Source: Burkholderiales bacterium (GTDB lineage: Bacteria; Pseudomonadota; Gammaproteobacteria; Burkholderiales; JACQAP01). Taken from it: a stretch of DNA of 64,000 nt. The translations under genes were made by a program, and so were the position numbers. How positions within the stretch are numbered: position 1 is the stretch's first letter; the number at the start of each line of letters is the position of its first letter. Positions 35,677 through 44,728 of the stretch are shown piece after piece. The notes beneath the pieces were generated by a model. It was not told the origin of the DNA, did not search any database, and saw nothing but the letters and a program-made list of their open reading frames with translations. The DNA lies in contig DASZQJ010000166.1 of the NCBI GenBank assembly GCA_035549715.1, forward strand, positions 11,544 through 75,543, written 5' to 3'.

Positions 35677-36039
35677 TCAGTTGTCGGGGTATTCGTACTT
35701 GCTTTCCGACGCGCGCGTCAGCGTCGAGGCGAGCATGGCCTGCTGGCGCGCGCCGATCAGCGCGTCGGCTTCGCCGGCGGGGAAATCGCCGGCCTCCACG
35801 CTGCGGGCGAGTTCGGTCGCGAACGCGAAGTGCCCGACGCTGTCGGGGTCGCGTCCGAACAGGCCGTAGAATTTGTCGCGCAGCATCTCCTGCTCCTGCA
35901 CGACGGTGATCTGGCCCGCCTCCCGCTGGCCGCGCAGGTCGGCGCGGAAGGTCTCGAATTCGCTGTCCGCTCCAGCCTGGTTCATGTGGGCGCAGGCAGT
36001 CAGCATCGATGCCAGCGCGATCAGGACGACTTTCTTCAT
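35677..36039 (-). CDS. small lipoprotein, unknown function
   Basis: The last 120 aa of ORF 35677..37290 read MKKVVLIALASMLTAC, which is a lipobox. An AGGAGA RBS precedes ATG 36039. The gene lies between the RND pump gene and crcB. Confidence 0.6.
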   Translation of the reverse strand: MKKVVLIALASMLTACAHMNQAGADSEFETFRADLRGQREAGQITVVQEQEMLRDKFYGLFGRDPDSVGHFAFATELARSVEAGDFPAGEADALIGARQQAMLASTLTRASESKYEYPDN

Positions 36040-36077
36040 GGGGCTCTCCTCGTTGGGTCTATCCGGGCTCGGCTCGT

Positions 36078-39000
36078 TCAGTGCCGCGACGCGTCCGCAG
36101 CCAGAATGGCCGCGTCGCCGGCGAACTTGGGTTGGGGAACGCCGTGGCGGCGCAGGAGGCTGAACACCACGGGGACGAACAGCAGGGTCGCCACGGTCGC
36201 CAGGATCAGGCCGCCGATCACCGCGCGACCCAGCGGGGCGTTCTGCTCGCCGCCCTCGCCCAGGCCGCTGGCCATCGGCGCCATCCCGATGATCATCGCC
36301 GCGGCGGTCATCAGGACCGGACGCAGGCGCGTGGCGCCCGCTTCGAGCGCGGCTTCGATCGGGTCCCTGCCCTCGCGCAGCATCTCGTTGGCGAACGACA
36401 CCATCAGGATGCTGTTCGCCGTGGCCACGCCCACGCTCATGATCGCGCCCATCAGCGAGGGCACGCTGAAGCTCGTCCCGGTGAGGAAGAGCATCCAGAT
36501 GATGCCGCAGAAGGCGCCCGGCCGCGCCGTGATGATGATGAACGGGTCGGTCCAGGACTGGAAGTTGATCACCATGATGAAGTAGACGAGCAGCACCGCG
36601 GCGATCAGGCCGATGCCCATGCGGGTGAACGCGTCGTACATGCTCTCCGCCTGGCCGGAAATCTCGATCCGGGTGTTGTTCTTCTGTTCCTTCGCCCTGG
36701 GGATGAACTCGTCGACCACCTTGCGCACGTCCGCGGCGACCGCCCCGAGGTCCCTGCCCTGGACGTTCGCGTACACGTCGAACGCCAGCTCGGTGTTGAC
36801 GTGGTTGACGATGGCGGGCAGCTCCACGTGCTTGACCGTGGCGACGTTGCCCAGGGTCTGCGTCGGCGACTGGCCCTTGCCGGGCAGCGGGATGTTCAGG
36901 ATCGATTCCACGGAGTTGAGCGCGGTCTCGTGCGGCTGCACGACGACCACCTGGTACGGGCGACCCGTCTTCGGGTCGTTCCAGTAGTTGGGGGTGACCA
37001 CCACGCTCGAGGAGGAGGCGATGAGGAAGTTCTCGGCGATCTCGCGCTGCGTGAATCCGAACTGGGCGGCGCGCGTGCGATCGACTTCGACGCGCAACGC
37101 CGGGTGGTTCATCACCTGGTGCACGTGCACGTCCACGGCGCCCGGGATGCGCTTCATGCGCGCCTCGATCTCCTTGGCGAGGTGGAAGTTCCTGTAATCG
37201 CCGCCGATGATCTTGACGTCGATCGGCGCCGGCAACCCGAAGTTCAGGATCTGGTTCATCATGTCCCCGGGCTGGAAGTAGAAGCCGCATTCGGGAAATT
37301 TCTCGGGCAGGACCTGGCGCAGCTGGCGGATGTATTCCCGGGTCGCGACCTTGTGGTCCGGCTTCAAGGCCACCAGGATCTCCCCGTCGCCGGACGACAG
37401 CGTCACGTTGTCGCTGTATGCAAGGTTCGTGGAGGGGGGAATGCCGATGTTGTCGATGACCACGTCCAGGTCCTCCGCGGCGATGGTCCGGCGGATCTCG
37501 TCCTGCACGCGGGAGAAGATGCGCCCCGTGTCCTCGATGCGCGTACCCACCGGCGCGTTGACATGCAGCCGGATCTGGCCGGCATCGACCACGGGGAAGA
37601 ATTCCCAGCCGATGAAGAGCACGGCGCCCGCCGAGCCCAGGACCATGATGCCGAACAGCGCGAACACGACGACCCGGTGGGTCAGCGACCAGCGCAGCGC
37701 GCCGAGGTAGTTGCCGCGCAGGCGCTCGAAGTTGCGCTCCACGGCCGCATGGATGCGGGCGCCGACGCCCCGGCGCGCGCCCTCTTCCTCATGCTCGAGG
37801 AGCAGGTAGCGGGACATCACCGGCACCAGGGTGCGCGAGATCCCGTAGGACGCGAGGATCGAGAACACGACGGCCAGCGCCATCGGCGTGAAAAGGTACT
37901 TTGCCGCGCCCGTCAGGAGCAGCACGGGCAGGAACACGACGCAGATGCAAAGCATCGACACCAGCGCGGGCACGACGATCTGCTGCGAGCCGTCGAGGAT
38001 CGCGCGCGTCAGGCCCTTGCCCATCGACATGTGCCGGTGGATGTTCTCGATCGTCACCGTCGCGTCGTCGACCAGGATGCCGACGGCCAGCGCCAGGCCC
38101 CCGAGGGTCATGAGGTTCAGCGAGTAGCCCATGGCCGACAGCATGATGATCGAGAACAGGATGGCGAGCGGGATGGAGGTCACCACCACCAGCGTCGAGC
38201 GCCAGCTGCCCAGGAACAGCAGGATGAGCAGGCCGGTGAGCGCCGCCGCCATCAGGCCTTCGACCACCACGGCGTGCATGGCGTTGGCCACGAACACCGA
38301 CTGGTCGAACAGGAACGAGAGCTTCAGGCCCTCCGGGAGGGCAACGTTGGACAGCCGCTCGCGCACCGCGCGGATGATGTCCAGCGTCGAGGCGCCGCCG
38401 CTCTTGAGCACCGTGATCAGCGCCGATTTGCGGCCGTCATGGCGCACCAGGCTGGTCTGCTCGTTGTAGCCATCGCGCACGTCGGCCACGTCGTTGACGT
38501 AGACCATCGTGCCGTTGACGTTCTTGACGGGGAGCAGCCCCAGCTCGGCGATTTTCTCCGGGCTGTTGTTGATGCTCAGGATGTAGTCGCGCTCGCCGAT
38601 CTGCGTGAGGCCGGTCGGCAGGTTGACGTTCTGCCGGTTGAGCGCGTCGTTGATGTCCTTGACCGTGATCCCCTTGGCGTGCATGCGCACCGGGTCGGCG
38701 TCGATCATCACCAGGCGCGGGCGGCCGCCGTAGGGCAGCGGCACCGTCGCCCCGGGAACCGGCACCACTTCGTTTCGCACCAGCCACAGCCCCTGGTCGT
38801 AGAGCTGCTGCTCGCTCAGCGTGTCGCTGCCCAGCGCGATCTGCAGGATCGGCACGCTGGAAGCGTCGTACTGGACGATCTGCGGCGGCTGCTGCCCCGG
38901 CGGCATGCGCCGGATGATGGTCTGCGAGGTCGCGGTGATCTGGCTGACCGCCTGGTCGATCCGGACGTTGGGCTGGAAATAGATCCGGATGACGTTCTTG

Positions 39001-39263
39001 CTGTTGATCGTGTGGGATTCGATGCGGCGGATGTTGCTGACGGTCGTGCTGATCTGCTGCTCCGAGAAGATCGTGATCTGCTTCTCGAACGCGTCGGCGG
39101 GGATGCCCTGGTACTGCCAGATGAGCGTGACTATCGGCTCGGCGATCTCGGGGAAGATGTCCTTGGGCATGCGCAGGATCGACACGATGCCAAGCAGCAC
39201 CACGAGTAGCGCCACGACCACGAAGGTATAGGGCCGGCTCAGCGCCAGCCTGACGATCCACAA
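36078..39263 (-). CDS. RND efflux transporter permease (AcrB/HAE-type)
   Basis: 1061-aa ORF starting MWIVRLALSRPYTFVV. It has 12-TM RND topology with two large periplasmic loops and GILVDDATVTIENI in TM4. Confidence 0.9.
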   Translation of the reverse strand: MWIVRLALSRPYTFVVVALLVVLLGIVSILRMPKDIFPEIAEPIVTLIWQYQGIPADAFEKQITIFSEQQISTTVSNIRRIESHTINSKNVIRIYFQPNVRIDQAVSQITATSQTIIRRMPPGQQPPQIVQYDASSVPILQIALGSDTLSEQQLYDQGLWLVRNEVVPVPGATVPLPYGGRPRLVMIDADPVRMHAKGITVKDINDALNRQNVNLPTGLTQIGERDYILSINNSPEKIAELGLLPVKNVNGTMVYVNDVADVRDGYNEQTSLVRHDGRKSALITVLKSGGASTLDIIRAVRERLSNVALPEGLKLSFLFDQSVFVANAMHAVVVEGLMAAALTGLLILLFLGSWRSTLVVVTSIPLAILFSIIMLSAMGYSLNLMTLGGLALAVGILVDDATVTIENIHRHMSMGKGLTRAILDGSQQIVVPALVSMLCICVVFLPVLLLTGAAKYLFTPMALAVVFSILASYGISRTLVPVMSRYLLLEHEEEGARRGVGARIHAAVERNFERLRGNYLGALRWSLTHRVVVFALFGIMVLGSAGAVLFIGWEFFPVVDAGQIRLHVNAPVGTRIEDTGRIFSRVQDEIRRTIAAEDLDVVIDNIGIPPSTNLAYSDNVTLSSGDGEILVALKPDHKVATREYIRQLRQVLPEKFPECGFYFQPGDMMNQILNFGLPAPIDVKIIGGDYRNFHLAKEIEARMKRIPGAVDVHVHQVMNHPALRVEVDRTRAAQFGFTQREIAENFLIASSSSVVVTPNYWNDPKTGRPYQVVVVQPHETALNSVESILNIPLPGKGQSPTQTLGNVATVKHVELPAIVNHVNTELAFDVYANVQGRDLGAVAADVRKVVDEFIPRAKEQKNNTRIEISGQAESMYDAFTRMGIGLIAAVLLVYFIMVINFQSWTDPFIIITARPGAFCGIIWMLFLTGTSFSVPSLMGAIMSVGVATANSILMVSFANEMLREGRDPIEAALEAGATRLRPVLMTAAAMIIGMAPMASGLGEGGEQNAPLGRAVIGGLILATVATLLFVPVVFSLLRRHGVPQPKFAGDAAILAADASRH

Positions 39264-39351
39264 GGCCTCTTCCCCCTTATTTGTTGCAATTACATGACTT
39301 TAATGCTACAAGGTCGGCAAAACAGAATACAACAAAAAACCATTAATAATC

Positions 39352-39393
39352 ATATATTTCACGCTGACATTGATATTTCAGAGTGAAATATAT
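39352..39393. promoter_or_regulatory. perfect 11-bp inverted repeat ATATATTTCAC-N20-GTGAAATATAT in an AT-rich divergent control region
   Basis: Arms lie at 39352-39362 and 39383-39393. A third ATATTTCA copy sits in the spacer (39373-39380). The right arm overlaps a TATATT -10-like hexamer (39389-94), 42 nt upstream of the MFP start. Confidence 0.5.
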
Positions 39394-39434
39394 TGCGTTG
39401 CGAAACACCGGGATCCGAGCTCGAGGAGACTGAG

Positions 39435-40688
39435 ATGATTGGACGTCGAAACCGCCTTTATGCACAGCGCAGCAACCCCGTGCGCATGGCGGGCCGGGTA
39501 TCGGGAACGGGACTGATCGCCGGGCTCGTGCTGGTGCTCGCAGGCCTGTTCGCCATCGGCCTCTGGCCGAAATGGCACGCGCTGAAGACGGCGCAGGCGG
39601 AGGCCGGCAAGGATGACCTGCCGGCCGTGCTCTACGTCCCGGCCAAGCGCGGCAGCGCCAAAGCCGACATGACCCTGCCGGCCACGCTGTACGCGATGCA
39701 GGAAACCACGATCTACGCGCGCACCAACGGCTACCTCAAACGCTGGCTCGTCGACATCGGCGACAGCGTGAAGGCAGGCCAGGTGCTCGCCGAGATCGAG
39801 GCCCCGGAGCTCGACCGTGAACTGGACCAGGCACATGCGAGCCGCGCCCAGGTCAAGGCAAACCTCGACCTGGCGCGCGTGACGGCCGAGCGCTACGCAG
39901 CCCTGCTCAAGGAGGAAGCCGTCTCGCCCCAGGAAGTCGACGAGAAGCAGGGTTTGTACGCCGCCCGCAACGCGGACTACGCCGCCGCCGAAGCGAACCT
40001 GCGCCGCCTGGAGCAGATGAAGTCCTTCCAGCGCGTCGTGGCCCCGTTCTCCGGCACCATCACGGCGCGCAACGTCGAAGTGGGCTCGCTCATCCAGGCG
40101 GGCAGCGCTTCCGCCTCCGGGTGGCTGTTCAAGCTGGCGCAGACGGATACCATCCGCGTCCACGCCGCCGTGCCCCAGAGCAGCATGCGCCTGGTCAAGC
40201 CGGGCATGACGGTGGACCTCGTGGTGCCCGAGCTCGGCGACCAGGCCTTTGCCGCCAAGGTCATGCGCAATGCAGGCGCCTTCGACGCGGCCACGCGCAC
40301 GATGATCGTGGAAATGCACGTCCCCAACCGGGGCGGGCCGCTGCTGCCGGGCATGTATGCGCAAGCCCGGTTGAAGCTCGTCAACCCCGAGCCCAGCATC
40401 CAGATTCCGATCAACGCCCTGATGGTCGGCGGCGAAGGCGCGCGCGTTGCCACCGTGGATCCGAATGGCGTGGTGCAGATCAAGCCCGTGAAGGTCGGGC
40501 GCGACCTGGGCAAGGAGGTCGAGATCGTCGCGGGCCTGGATGAGAACGAGCGCGTCATCAACAACCCCCGCGACAGCCTCGCCAACGGCACGAAGGTGCG
40601 GGCGACGGAAATGCAGGCGCACAACGACAAGAAAGACGCGCCGAAGCCCGCCGGCACGCCGGCGGCGACGGACAAACCCAAGTCCTGA
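39435..40688 (+). CDS. efflux RND periplasmic adaptor (membrane fusion protein)
   Basis: ATG 39435 is preceded by GAGGAG. The product has a TM anchor, a biotinyl/lipoyl-like motif (IYARTNGYLKRWLVDIGDSVKAGQVLAEIEAPE), a coiled coil and a beta-barrel. Confidence 0.9.
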   Translation: MIGRRNRLYAQRSNPVRMAGRVSGTGLIAGLVLVLAGLFAIGLWPKWHALKTAQAEAGKDDLPAVLYVPAKRGSAKADMTLPATLYAMQETTIYARTNGYLKRWLVDIGDSVKAGQVLAEIEAPELDRELDQAHASRAQVKANLDLARVTAERYAALLKEEAVSPQEVDEKQGLYAARNADYAAAEANLRRLEQMKSFQRVVAPFSGTITARNVEVGSLIQAGSASASGWLFKLAQTDTIRVHAAVPQSSMRLVKPGMTVDLVVPELGDQAFAAKVMRNAGAFDAATRTMIVEMHVPNRGGPLLPGMYAQARLKLVNPEPSIQIPINALMVGGEGARVATVDPNGVVQIKPVKVGRDLGKEVEIVAGLDENERVINNPRDSLANGTKVRATEMQAHNDKKDAPKPAGTPAATDKPKS

Positions 40689-40692
40689 TCCC

Positions 40693-42135
40693 ATGAGCGC
40701 ATTCCGCCTGCTGCCGCTGGTTGCGGCACTTGCCTGCGGCTGCATGCAGGCCGGGAAGGACTACGTCCGTCCCGCCGCCACGCCCAACGCCGCCTACGTC
40801 GAGGCTGGTCCCTGGAAGCAGGCCGCGCCGGCGGACGCCATCGCCCGCGCCAACTGGTGGGAGATATTCCAGGATCCCGTGCTGAACAAGCTGGAGGAGG
40901 ATGCGCGCAGCGCGAGCCCGCGCCTGCAAGCCGCCGCCGCCCGCGTCGACCAGGCCCGGGCGATCCTGGGCTTTGCCGGCGCCAGCCGCATGCCCACGGT
41001 GGACCTGGTGCCGGAGGCCGCCCGGTACCAGGTGTCGGGCAACCGGCCCGACCAGCCGGAAAAGGTGCCCGGCAACCACGAGTACGCGACGAGCCGGTTC
41101 CGGTTGCCGCTCTACGCCGCCTACGAGATCGACATGTGGGGCAAGCTGTCGCGCCAGATCGAGTCAGCGGATCGGCGGATGGAAGCCAGCATCGCCGCCT
41201 ATCATTCGGTGCTGCTGACCCTGCAGGCGGACGTTGCCCAGGTCTATTTCCAGTTGCGGGCTGCGGACGAGGAAGCGGCGCTGCTCGCGCGCAGCATCGA
41301 GTTACGCGAGCGGGCGCGGGACCTCGTCGCCGCACGCAAGCGCGGCGGCCTCGCCAGCGAACTCGATCTGGCCAAGGTCGAGACGGAGGTGGCCATCACG
41401 GAGGCGGAGGCGCGCGCCGCGGAACGCCGTCGCAACGAGCTGCAGCATGCCCTCGCAGTACTGGTCGGCACCCTGCCCGGACGCCTGAACCTCGAGCCTG
41501 CGTCGGCGGGCGTGCCGCCACCCGCGATCCCGGTGGGCCTGCCGGCCGACCTCCTGGAACGCCGCCCGGACGTGGCGCAAGCCGAACGCCTGCTGGCTGC
41601 TCGCAACGCGGAGCTCGGCATCGCCCAGGCCGCCTGGTTCCCTTCCATCCGCCTGACCGCGGGCCTGGGCTTCGAGAGCGCGGAACTGTCCGACCTGCTC
41701 GACCGCGACAGCCGCATCTGGGCGCTCGGCACCTCGCTCGTGCAGCCCATTTTCGACGGGGGCCGCATCCGCGCCAACGAAGATCGCGCCCGCGCGCTGT
41801 ATGCCGAGAGCCTGGCGGACTACCGCGAGCGCCTGCTCGTGGCCTTCAAGGAGGTCGAGACTTCGCTCGCCGCGCTGCGGATCCTGGACCGCCAGCACGA
41901 AAGCCAGTTGCGCGCGGTGACTTCGGCGGAGCGCGCCGAGCAGCTCGCGACGTCGCGCTACAAGACGGGACTCACCAACGTGCTGGAGCTCGTCGATGCG
42001 CAGCGCACCCGCCTGCAGGTCGAACGCGTGCGCCTCCAGGTGCGCCAGCAGCAGATGCTGGCGAGCGTCACGCTGATCCGGGCGCTCGGCGGCGGCTGGG
42101 CCGAACGGGGCGAACCCGTGGCGGCCCTGCGCTAG
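40693..42135 (+). CDS. NodT-family outer-membrane efflux lipoprotein
   Basis: ATG 40693 (MSAFRLLPLVAALACGC lipobox). Typical OMF repeats are present (WWEIFQDPVLNKL, RPDVAQAERLLAA, LGGGW). Confidence 0.9.
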   Translation: MSAFRLLPLVAALACGCMQAGKDYVRPAATPNAAYVEAGPWKQAAPADAIARANWWEIFQDPVLNKLEEDARSASPRLQAAAARVDQARAILGFAGASRMPTVDLVPEAARYQVSGNRPDQPEKVPGNHEYATSRFRLPLYAAYEIDMWGKLSRQIESADRRMEASIAAYHSVLLTLQADVAQVYFQLRAADEEAALLARSIELRERARDLVAARKRGGLASELDLAKVETEVAITEAEARAAERRRNELQHALAVLVGTLPGRLNLEPASAGVPPPAIPVGLPADLLERRPDVAQAERLLAARNAELGIAQAAWFPSIRLTAGLGFESAELSDLLDRDSRIWALGTSLVQPIFDGGRIRANEDRARALYAESLADYRERLLVAFKEVETSLAALRILDRQHESQLRAVTSAERAEQLATSRYKTGLTNVLELVDAQRTRLQVERVRLQVRQQQMLASVTLIRALGGGWAERGEPVAALR

Positions 42136-42139
42136 TCAC

Positions 42140-42157
42140 CCGGGCAACGAAGCCCGG
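42140..42157. terminator. short hairpin between convergent OMF and modA genes
   Basis: CCGGGC-aacgaa-GCCCGG forms a 6-bp stem with no T-tract. It is the only structure in the 30-nt convergent gap. Confidence 0.3.
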
Positions 42158-42165
42158 AACGCCGC

Positions 42166-42921
42166 TCACGGCTTGAGGAAGCCGTACTTCTGCAGGATCT
42201 GCGACCCCGCCGTCGCACGCACGAATGCCACGAAGGCCGCGGCGGCCGCCGCCTGGCTGCTGTCCTGGATGACCGCGATCGGGTACAGCACGGGGCTGGC
42301 CGTGGGGACCTCGAGGGCCACCTTCACCTTTTCCGGCATCAGGGCGGCGTCCGTGCGATAGACAAACGCGGCGTCGACTTCACCGCGCGCAACGTAGTCC
42401 AGGCTCTGCCGGACGTTCTGCGTGTTGATGACCTTGTCCTTCACGGGCTCCCACAAACCCTGCTCCATGAGCACCGATCTGCTGTAGCGCCCGACCGGCA
42501 CGCTGTCCGGATTGCCGATGGCCACCCTGCGGAACCTGTCCCCGGTGAGCTCGGCCAGGCTCCCGATCCCGGGACTCTCGCCGCCCGGGATGACGAGCAC
42601 GAGTACATTGCGAGCGAAATCGGCCCGGGAACCGGGTCGCAGCAGGCCCTGCTGCTGCGCGCGGTCCATCGTTTCCTGGTCGGCGGCAGCGAACACGTCC
42701 ACCGGTGCGCCCCTGGCGATCTGCTGCAGGAGCTGCCCCGAGCCGCCAAAGTTGAATGCCACTTTCGTGCCGGGATGGGCGCGCTCGAATTCACGTCCGA
42801 TGTCGGTGAATGCGTTGGTCAGGCTGGCCGCGGCGGAAACCACCAGATCCGCCGCCGCGGCGCCGGCCCACGCCTGCATGGCCACGACCAGGAAGACCCA
42901 CCTTGTCACTGCATTGCGCAT
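42166..42921 (-). CDS. modA: molybdate ABC transporter substrate-binding protein
   Basis: 251-aa ORF with a signal peptide and the ModA pattern (LVVSAAASLTNAF, FNFGGSGQLLQQI, VPVGRY). Confidence 0.9.
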   Translation of the reverse strand: MRNAVTRWVFLVVAMQAWAGAAAADLVVSAAASLTNAFTDIGREFERAHPGTKVAFNFGGSGQLLQQIARGAPVDVFAAADQETMDRAQQQGLLRPGSRADFARNVLVLVIPGGESPGIGSLAELTGDRFRRVAIGNPDSVPVGRYSRSVLMEQGLWEPVKDKVINTQNVRQSLDYVARGEVDAAFVYRTDAALMPEKVKVALEVPTASPVLYPIAVIQDSSQAAAAAAFVAFVRATAGSQILQKYGFLKP

Positions 42922-42963
42922 TGCCGTGCTCCTTGTCTCGGGTCCGGACGCATGGCCGGCACG

Positions 42964-44676
42964 TCAGAACCGGAAGCGGAAACCGGTACCCGCCGTGAAG
43001 ATGTCGTGGATGTAGACCGCCGTCGGCGTGGAGTCGAATGCCGGCCCCTTGTAGTGCGTGAAGATCAGCCCGCCGTACAGGGTGGTCCCCTTGTACAGCC
43101 GGTACGTGGCGAGGCCGGACCAGCCATCGATGGACCCACCCTTGTATCGGGTGGGATAAACCCCGCCCACCGGCGTGCCGGAGCCGTAGGACGGCAATCC
43201 GACGTAGACATAGCCCACGCTCAGGTTGGTCTTCTCCGTTAGGTCGTAGTCGAAGCCCAGGTGCCCGGTGTACAGCTCGGTATCTTCGCCGACGTACGCC
43301 GTGGACTTGTTCACGTCCTCGCCGTAAAGGTTGTTGATGAAGGGAATGTTGGGATCCGGCGTCGGCTCGCTCAGCACGGCGTACTGGCCGCCGAACTGGG
43401 TATGCAGCGCGTCGGTCAGCTTGTACTTGAACACCAGCAGCGCGGCCCGCTGGTCGTAGGCGACCAGGTTGATGACGTTGTTCACCGCGGCATCGGTGCC
43501 CGTCTTCAGCAGGTCGGAAAACTCCTCGTAGACCGCCTGCACGCCGAAGCGATCGGTCTCGTAGCCGATGTTGGCCGCAAAGCCCTGGGCCCCCTTCTTC
43601 AGGCCCCCGGTGCCGCCGAATCCGTACAGCAAGCCGAAATTGACGTTGCCGACCTTGTGCCTGTACTTGATGCTGCTGTCGACGCGGGCATTCTCCGACA
43701 GCGACCCGCCGCCACCGTATACGCCGTTGCCATAGGGCGAGAACAATCCTGATTTCTGGTTCGGCGCGTAGCCGTTGAGCACGTCGAGGATGAAGTTGGT
43801 GTTGCGGCCGAACGAGATCCGGCCCCAGTCGTCGCCGGAGAAGCCGCCGATGGCTTCCTTGGCGAATAGCTGGCCGTTGAGCGAACTCGTCGCATAGGCC
43901 GTGGTCGGGTACCTGGAGTTCACGGCCTGGTTGTGCGACTGGTCGGTGAGCTGGCCGGTGGCCGGGTTGAAGGCCGAATCGAGCAGCGCGAACACCTTCA
44001 GGCCGCCCGCCCCGATGTCCCGGCTGGCCCGGATGCCCCAGGACGAGGTCGACAGCGCGCTGTTGAACATTCCCGTCTGGCTCGACATGTTGGACGCGGG
44101 ATAGGGCACCTGGCTGCCCCCGGGGCCGGTCGGCGTGGTGCGCGGGTATCGCACGCCTCCGGAAATCCAGGGGCCGATGGACGTGGGCATCTCGCCGCTC
44201 TGGACCAGGGAATGGCTGGTATAGCCCACCGCGAGATCGATGGTGCCGAACAGTTCGACCTTGGTCCGGTCGGTGCTGATGATGGCCACGCCGTCCTCCT
44301 GCTTTCCGGCGGCCGCACCGGCGGGCGCCCCAGGGGACGCCGCGGACGCTTCCGGCGAGGGGTTCGAAGCCTTCGCCGCCGCAGCCGGCGCCTGTGCCGG
44401 TTCGGGGCCGGACGGCGCCACGGGTGCGGCAACCGGCGCCGGGCCTGCTGTGGCGCCCGGCGATTGCTTCGCTTCTGCGGCATCCGTCGTTGCCGACATG
44501 AACTCGTCGTACTCCTCCTGGGTGATGATGCCCTTCTTCAGCTGCAGGTCCAGCAGGCGCTTGATGGCATCCTCGGCCGTTCCCGCAAACGTCGTCGTGC
44601 AGGCCACGCCGAGCGCCGCCGCCATCGCAAGCTTCCCGAGTCTGCCTCCCCAGCCTTTCGTTGCAGCTGCATTCAT
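42964..44676 (-). CDS. Gram-negative porin with SHOCT-like N-terminal segment and Ala/Pro-rich linker
   Basis: ORF 42964..44721; ATG 44676 has an AAGGGA RBS. After the signal peptide comes AEDAIKRLLDLQLKKGIITQEEYDEFM, then about 90 aa of A/P/S-rich linker. The barrel then starts typically (VELFGTIDLAVGYTSH) and ends ...TAGTGFRFRF. Confidence 0.8.
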   Translation of the reverse strand: MNAAATKGWGGRLGKLAMAAALGVACTTTFAGTAEDAIKRLLDLQLKKGIITQEEYDEFMSATTDAAEAKQSPGATAGPAPVAAPVAPSGPEPAQAPAAAAKASNPSPEASAASPGAPAGAAAGKQEDGVAIISTDRTKVELFGTIDLAVGYTSHSLVQSGEMPTSIGPWISGGVRYPRTTPTGPGGSQVPYPASNMSSQTGMFNSALSTSSWGIRASRDIGAGGLKVFALLDSAFNPATGQLTDQSHNQAVNSRYPTTAYATSSLNGQLFAKEAIGGFSGDDWGRISFGRNTNFILDVLNGYAPNQKSGLFSPYGNGVYGGGGSLSENARVDSSIKYRHKVGNVNFGLLYGFGGTGGLKKGAQGFAANIGYETDRFGVQAVYEEFSDLLKTGTDAAVNNVINLVAYDQRAALLVFKYKLTDALHTQFGGQYAVLSEPTPDPNIPFINNLYGEDVNKSTAYVGEDTELYTGHLGFDYDLTEKTNLSVGYVYVGLPSYGSGTPVGGVYPTRYKGGSIDGWSGLATYRLYKGTTLYGGLIFTHYKGPAFDSTPTAVYIHDIFTAGTGFRFRF

Positions 44677-44689
44677 GGTCAAGTCCCTT

Positions 44690-44713
44690 CGTGATGTTCT
44701 TGTAGATACAACG
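44690..44713. promoter_or_regulatory. degenerate ModE-type box C (modC-porin intergenic)
   Basis: CGTGATGT-tcttgtag-ATACAACG matches 13/16 positions. Its right arm is identical to those of boxes B and D. Confidence 0.3.
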
Positions 44714-44728
44714 ACGCGCAAAAAAATG

